Shown here in pieces: positions 57,501 through 64,000 of a DNA stretch of 64,000 bases. The stretch spans positions 20,088,001 to 20,152,000 of the forward strand of contig OZ059896.1 of the NCBI GenBank assembly GCA_964057225.1, read 5' to 3'. Numbering within the stretch: the first letter of the stretch is position 1; every line of letters begins with the position of its first letter. The position numbers were made by a program, and so were the translations under genes. This DNA comes from Auanema rhodensis (lineage: Eukaryota; Animalia; Nematoda). A model generated the notes under the pieces. It was not told where the DNA came from. It searched no databases and saw only the letters and a program-made list of their open reading frames with translations.

Positions 57501-59672
57501 AGTGTGAACTTATATCAGTTGATATCTCGGTGCATTTTTAAGCTAGCGCAAATCTGATAACAGAGATCGACGCAGCTTAAAAATCCGCATCGAATGCACT
57601 ATACTACATTAAGAAACGCTTAATACAAAAATTAGTTATGATCGTTTGAAAAATGATGCATTAGTGTATGTTGAGTTTCCATGTACACTCAACATTGCTT
57701 CCAAAAACATTTTGACAAAAATTTTTTCGAAAAATTTCAAAATAATTTAGCAAAAAGTAGATGTTTTTAGATTCCATTTTTCAAGGCAACGACGATGGAC
57801 AGTGTTATTCAACGAAAAAATTAATTTTTCAGGGTGAAAATCGAGGATATAAGTGTGAACTTATATCAGTTGATATCTCGGTGCATTTTTAAGCTAGCGC
57901 AAATCTGATAACACAGATCGACGCAGCTTAAAAATGCGCATCGAATGCACTATACTACATTGAGAAACCCTTGATACAAAAATTAGTTATGATCGTTTGA
58001 AAAATGATGCATTAGTGTATGTTGAGTTTCCATGTACACTCAACATTGCTTCCAAAAACATTTTGACAAAAATTTTTTCGAAAAATTTCAAAATAATTTA
58101 GCAAAAAGTAGATGTTTTTAGATTCCATTTTTCAAGGCAAAGACGATGGACAATGTTATTCAACGAAAAAATTAATTCTTCAGGGTGAAAATCGAGGATA
58201 TAAGTGTGAACTTATATCAGTTGATATCTCGGTGCATTTTTAAGCTAGCGCAAATCTGATAACACAGATCGACGCAGCTTAAAAATCCGCATCGAATGCA
58301 CTATACTACATTGAGAAACGCTTAATACAAAAATTAGTTATGATCGTTTGAAAAATGATGCATTAGTGTATGTTGAGTTTCCATGTACACTCAACATTGC
58401 TTCCAAAAACATTTTGACAAAAATTTTTTCGAAAAATTTCAAAATAATTTAGCAAAAAGTAGATGTTTTTAGATTCCTTTTTTCAAGGCAAAGACGATGG
58501 ACAATGTTATTCAACGAAAAAATTATTCCTTCAGGGTGAAAATCGAGGATATAAGTGTGAACTTATATCAGTTGATATCTCGGTGCATTTTTAAGCTAGC
58601 GCAAATCTGATAACAGAGATCGACGCAGCTTAAAAATCCGCATCGAATGCACTATACTACATTGAGAAACGCTTAATACAAAAATTAGTTATGATCGTTT
58701 GAAAAATGATGCATTAGTGTATGTTGAGTTTCCATGTACACTCAACATTGCTTCCAAAAACATTTTGACAAAAATTTTTTCGAAAAATTTCAAAATAATT
58801 TAGCAAAAAGTAGATGTTTTTAGATTCCAGTTTTCAAGGCAAAGACGATGGACAATGTTATTCAACGAAAAAATTAATTCTTCAGGGTGAAAATCGAGGA
58901 TATATGTGTGAACTTATATCAGTTGATATCTCGGTGCATTTTTAAGCTAGCGCAAATCTGATAACACAGATCGACGCAGCTTAAAAATCCGCATCGAATG
59001 CACTATACTACATTGAGAAACGCTTAATACAAAAATTAGTTATGATCGTTTGAAAAATGATGCATTAGTGTATGTTGAGTTTCCATGTACACTCAACATT
59101 GCTTCCAAAAACATTTTGACAAAAATTTTTTCGAAAAATTTCAAAATAATTTAGCAAAAAGTAGATGTTTTTAGATTCCTTTATTCAAGGCAAAGACGAT
59201 GGACAATGTTATTCAACGAAAAAATTAATTCTTCAGGGTGAAAATCGAGGATATAAGTGTGAACTTATATCAGTTGATATCTCGGTGCATTTTTAAGCTA
59301 GCGCAAATCTGATAACACAGATCGACGCAGCTTAAAAATCCGCATCGAATGCACTATACTACATTGAGAAACGCTTAATACAAAAATTAGTTATGATCGT
59401 TTGAAAAATGATGCATTAGTGTATGTTGAGTTTCCATGTACACTCAACATTGCTTCCAAAAACATTTTGACAAAAATTTTTTCGAAAAATTTCAAAATAA
59501 TTTAGCAAAAAGTAGATGTTTTTAGATTCCATTTTTCAAGGCAAAGACGATGGACAGTGTTATTCAACGAAAAAATTAATTCTTCAGGGTGAAAATCGAG
59601 GATATAAGTGTGAACTTATATCAGTTGATATCTCGGTGCATTTTTAAGCTAGCGCAAATCTGATAACACAGA

Positions 59673-62600
59673 TCGACGCAGCTTAAAAATCCGCATCGAA
59701 TGCACTATACTACATTGAGAAACGCTTAATACAAAAATTAGTTATGATCGTTTGAAAAATGATGCATTAGTGTATGTTGAGTTTCCATGTACACTCAACA
59801 TTGCTTCCAAAAACATTTTGACAAAAATTTTTTCGAAAAATTTCAAAATAATTTAGCAAAAAGTAGATGTTTTTAGATTCCATTTTTCAAGGCAAAGACG
59901 ATGGACAGTGTTATTCAACGAAAAAATTAATTCTTCAGGGTGAAAATCGAGGATATAAGTGTGAACTTATATCAGTTGATATCTCGGTGCATTTTTAAGC
60001 TAGCGCAAATCTGATAACACAGATCGACGCAGCTTAAAAATCCGCATCGAATGCACTATACTACATTGAGAAACGCTTAATACAAAAATTAGTTATGATC
60101 GTTTGAAAAATGATGCATTAGTGTATGTTGAGTTTCCATGTACACTCAACATTGCTTCCAAAAACATTTTGACAAAAATTTTTTCGAAAAATTTCAAAAT
60201 AATTTAGCAAAAAGTAGATGTTTTTAGATTCCTTTATTCAAGGCAAAGACGATGGACAATGTTATTCAACGAAAAAATTAATTCTTTAGGGTGAAAATCG
60301 AGGATATAAGTGTGAACTTATATCAGTTGATATCTTGGTGCATTTTTAAGCTAGCGCAAATCTGATAACACAGATCGACGCAGCTTAAAAATCCGCATCG
60401 AATGCACTATACTACATTGAGAAACGCTTGATACAAAAATTAGTTATGATCGTTTGAAAAATGATGCATTAGTGTATGTTGAGTTTCCATGTACACTCAA
60501 CATTGCTTCCAAAAACATTTTGACAAAAATTTCTTCGAAAAATTTCAAAATAATTTAGCAAAAAGTAGATGTTTTTAGATTCCATTTTTCAAGGCAAAGA
60601 CGATGGACAGTGTTATTCAACGAAAAAATTATTTCTTCAGGGTGAAAATCGAGGATATAAGTGTGAACTTATATCAGTTGATATCTCGGTGCATTTTTAA
60701 GCTAGCGCAAATCTGATAACACAGATCGACGCAGCTTAAAAATCCGCATCGAATGCACTATACTACATTGAGAAACGCTTAATACAAAAATTAGTTATGA
60801 TCGTTTGAAAAATGATGCATTAGTGTATGTTGAGTTTCCATGTACACTCAACATTGCTTCCAAAAACATTTTGACAAAAATTTTTTCGAAAAATTTCAAA
60901 ATAATTTAGCAAAAAGTAGATGTTTTTAGATTCCATTTTTCAAGGCAAAGACGATGGACAATGTTATTCAACGGAAAAATTATTTCTTCAGGGTGAAAAT
61001 CGAGGATATAAGTGTGAACTTATATCAGTTGATATCTCGGTGCATTTTTAAGCTAGCGCAAATCTGATAACACAGATCGACGCAGCTTAAAAATCCGCAT
61101 CGAATGCACTATACTACATTGAGAAACGCTTAATACAAAAATTAGTTATGATCGTTTGAAAAATGATGCATTAGTGTATGTTGAGTTTCCATGTACACTC
61201 AACATTGCTTCCAAAAACATTTTGACAAAAATTTTTTCGAAAAATTTCAAAATAATTTAGCAAAAAGTAGATGTTTTTAGATTCCATTTTTCAAGGCAAA
61301 GACGATGGACAGTGTTATTCAACGAAAAAATTAATTCTTCAGGGTGAAAATCGAGGATATAAGTGTGAACTTATATCAGTTGATATCTCGGTGCATTTTT
61401 AAGCTAGCGCAAATCTGATAACACAGATCGACGCAGCTTAAAAATCCGCATCGAATGCACTATACTACATTGAGAAACGCTTAATACAAAAATTAGTTAT
61501 GATCGTTTGAAAAATGATGCATTAGTGTATGTTGAGTTTCCATGTACACTCAACATTGCTTCCAAAAACATTTTGACAAAAATTTTTTCGAAAAATTTCA
61601 AAATAATTTAGCAAAAAGTAGATGTTTTTAGATTCCTTTATTCAAGGCAAAGACGATGGACAATGTTATTCAACGAAAAAATTAATTCTTTAGGGTGAAA
61701 ATCGAGGATATAAGTGTGAACTTATATCAGTTGATATCTTGGTGCATTTTTAAGCTAGCGCAAATCTGATAACACAGATCGACGCAGCTTAAAAATCCGC
61801 ATCGAATGCACTATACTACATTGAGAAACGCTTGATACAAAAATTAGTTATGATCGTTTGAAAAATGATGCATTAGTGTATGTTGAGTTTCCATGTACAC
61901 TCAACATTGCTTCCAAAAACATTTTGACAAAAATTTCTTCGAAAAATTTCAAAATAATTTAGCAAAAAGTAGATGTTTTTAGATTCCATTTTTCAAGGCA
62001 AAGACGATGGACAGTGTTATTCAACGAAAAAATTATTTCTTCAGGGTGAAAATCGAGGATATAAGTGTGAACTTATATCAGTTGATATCTCGGTGCATTT
62101 TTAAGCTAGCGCAAATCTGATAACACAGATCGACGCAGCTTAAAAATCCGCATCGAATGCACTATACTACATTGAGAAACGCTTAATACAAAAATTAGTT
62201 ATGATCGTTTGAAAAATGATGCATTAGTGTATGTTGAGTTTCCATGTACACTCAACATTGCTTCCAAAAACATTTTGACAAAAATTTTTTCGAAAAATTT
62301 CAAAATAATTTAGCAAAAAGTAGATGTTTTTAGATTCCATTTTTCAAGGCAAAGACGATGGACAATGTTATTCAACGGAAAAATTATTTCTTCAGGGTGA
62401 AAATCGAGGATATAAGTGTGAACTTATATCAGTTGATATCTCGGTGCATTTTTAAGCTAGCGCAAATCTGATAACACAGATCGACGCAGCTTAAAAATCC
62501 GCATCGAATGCACTATACTACATTGAGAAACGCTTAATACAAAAATTAGTTATGATCGTTTGAAAAATGATGCATTAGTGTATGTTGAGTTTCCATGTAC

Positions 62601-62831
62601 ACTCAACATTGCTTCCAAAAACATTTTGACAAAAATTTTTTCGAAAAATTTCAAAATAATTTAGCAAAAAGTAGATGTTTTTAGATTCCATTTTTCAAGG
62701 CAAAGACGATGGACAGTGTTATTCAACGAAAAAATTAATTCTTCAGGGTGAAAATCGAGGATATAAGTGTGAACTTATATCAGTTGATATCTCGGTGCAT
62801 TTTTAAGCTAGCGCAAATCTGATAACACAGA
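59673..62831. repeat. Second, unrelated 4-monomer (1404-bp) higher-order repeat, about two copies
   Basis: TTCTTCGA variant at 60533 and 61937. M172-175 match M176-179. Confidence 0.88.
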
Positions 62832-64000
62832 TCGACGCAGCTTAAAAATCCGCATCGAATGCACTATACTACATTGAGAAACGCTTAATACAAAAATTAG
62901 TTATGATCGTTTGAAAAATGATGCATTAGTGTATGTTGAGTTTCCATGTACACTCAACATTGCTTCCAAAAACATTTTGACAAAAATTTTTTCGAAAAAT
63001 TTCAAAATAATTTAGCAAAAAGTAGATGTTTTTAGATTCCATTTTTCAAGGCAAAGACGATGGACAATGTTATTCAACGGAAAAATTATTTCTTCAGGGT
63101 GAAAATCGAGGATATAAGTGTGAACTTATATCAGTTGATATCTCGGTGCATTTTTAAGCTAGCGCAAATCTGATAACACAGATCGACGCAGCTTAAAAAT
63201 GCGCATCGAATGCACTATACTACATTGAGAAACGCTTAATACAAAAATTAGTTATGATCGTTTGAAAAATGATGCATTAGTGTATGTTGAGTTTCCATGT
63301 ACACTCAACATTGCTTCCAAAAACATTTTGACAAAAATTTTTTCGAAAAATTTCAAAATAATTTAGCAAAAAGTAGATGTTTTTAGATTCCATTTTTCAA
63401 GGCAAAGACGATGGACAATGTTATTCAACGAAAAAATTAATTCTTCAGAGTGAAAATCGAGGATATAAGTGTGAACTTATATCAGTTGATATCTCGGTGC
63501 ATTTTTAAGCTAGCGCAAATCTGATAACACAGATCGACGCAGCTTAAAAATGCGCATCGAATGCACTATACTACATTGAGAAACGCTTGATACAAAAATT
63601 AGTTATGATCGTTTGAAAAATGATGCATTAGTGTATGTTGAGTTTCCATGTACACTCAACATTGCTTCCAAAAACATTTTGACAAAAATTTTTTCGAAAA
63701 ATTTCAAAATAATTTAGCAAAAAGTAGATGTTTTTAGATTCCTTTTTTCAAGGCAAAGACGATGGACAATGTTATTCAACGAAAAAATTATTCCTTCAGG
63801 GTGAAAATCGAGGATATAAGTGTGAACTTATATCAGTTGATATCTCGGTGCATTTTTAAGCTAGCGCAAATCTGATAACAGAGATCGACGCAGCTTAAAA
63901 ATCCGCATCGAATGCACTATACTACATTGAGAAACGCTTAATACAAGAATTAGTTATGATCGTTTGAAAAATGATGCATTAGTGTATGTTGAGTTTCCAT

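Larger units (their letters stand above)
1..64000. repeat. Tandem satellite DNA array, 351-bp monomer, ~182.3 copies, head-to-tail, running off both window ends
   Basis: TCGACGCA(G/A)C recurs at 1, 352, 703 ... 7021 (20x351+1) and 14041 (40x351+1). It is at 21060 after the 1-bp deletion, at 50898 after the 3-bp insertion, and last at 63885 (182x351+3). I saw no unique sequence or inversion. Confidence 0.99.

Noticed and set aside
1-64000. CRISPR-like or other repeat-spacer array
   Set aside because: The sequence between palindromes is essentially identical in every unit. There are no unique spacers, no leader and no cas genes.
1-64000. Pure artefact (rolling-circle concatemer or collapsed assembly)
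   Set aside because: The variants form nested, position-dependent shared haplotypes, which fits real array evolution. Individual duplications still need read validation.

Overview
The whole 64-kb window is one uninterrupted, head-to-tail tandem array of an AT-rich 351-bp monomer (about 31% GC by hand count of monomer 1): 182 full copies plus 116 bp, all in one orientation. Copies differ by a few substitutions. I found only two indels: -1 bp near 19126 and +3 bp near 50821. This is typical eukaryotic (peri)centromeric or heterochromatic satellite DNA. I cannot name the family or the species. I saw no genes, RNA genes, CRISPR array or inserted transposon, and all six reading frames have stops within the first 72 bp of the monomer. 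Two things are worth a second look. First, the monomer is rich in inverted repeats, including a ~30-bp imperfect inverted repeat across each junction that could be the termini of a MITE-like ancestor. Second, shared rare variants record nested local duplications of 2, 3, 4, 6, 7, 8 and 10 monomers, and possibly an older ~17-19 kb duplication. I found no support for a new protein-coding or RNA-guided system. 'pN' means position N within the monomer (monomer 1 = 1-351), and 'Mn' means monomer n. All variant calls were made by eye.
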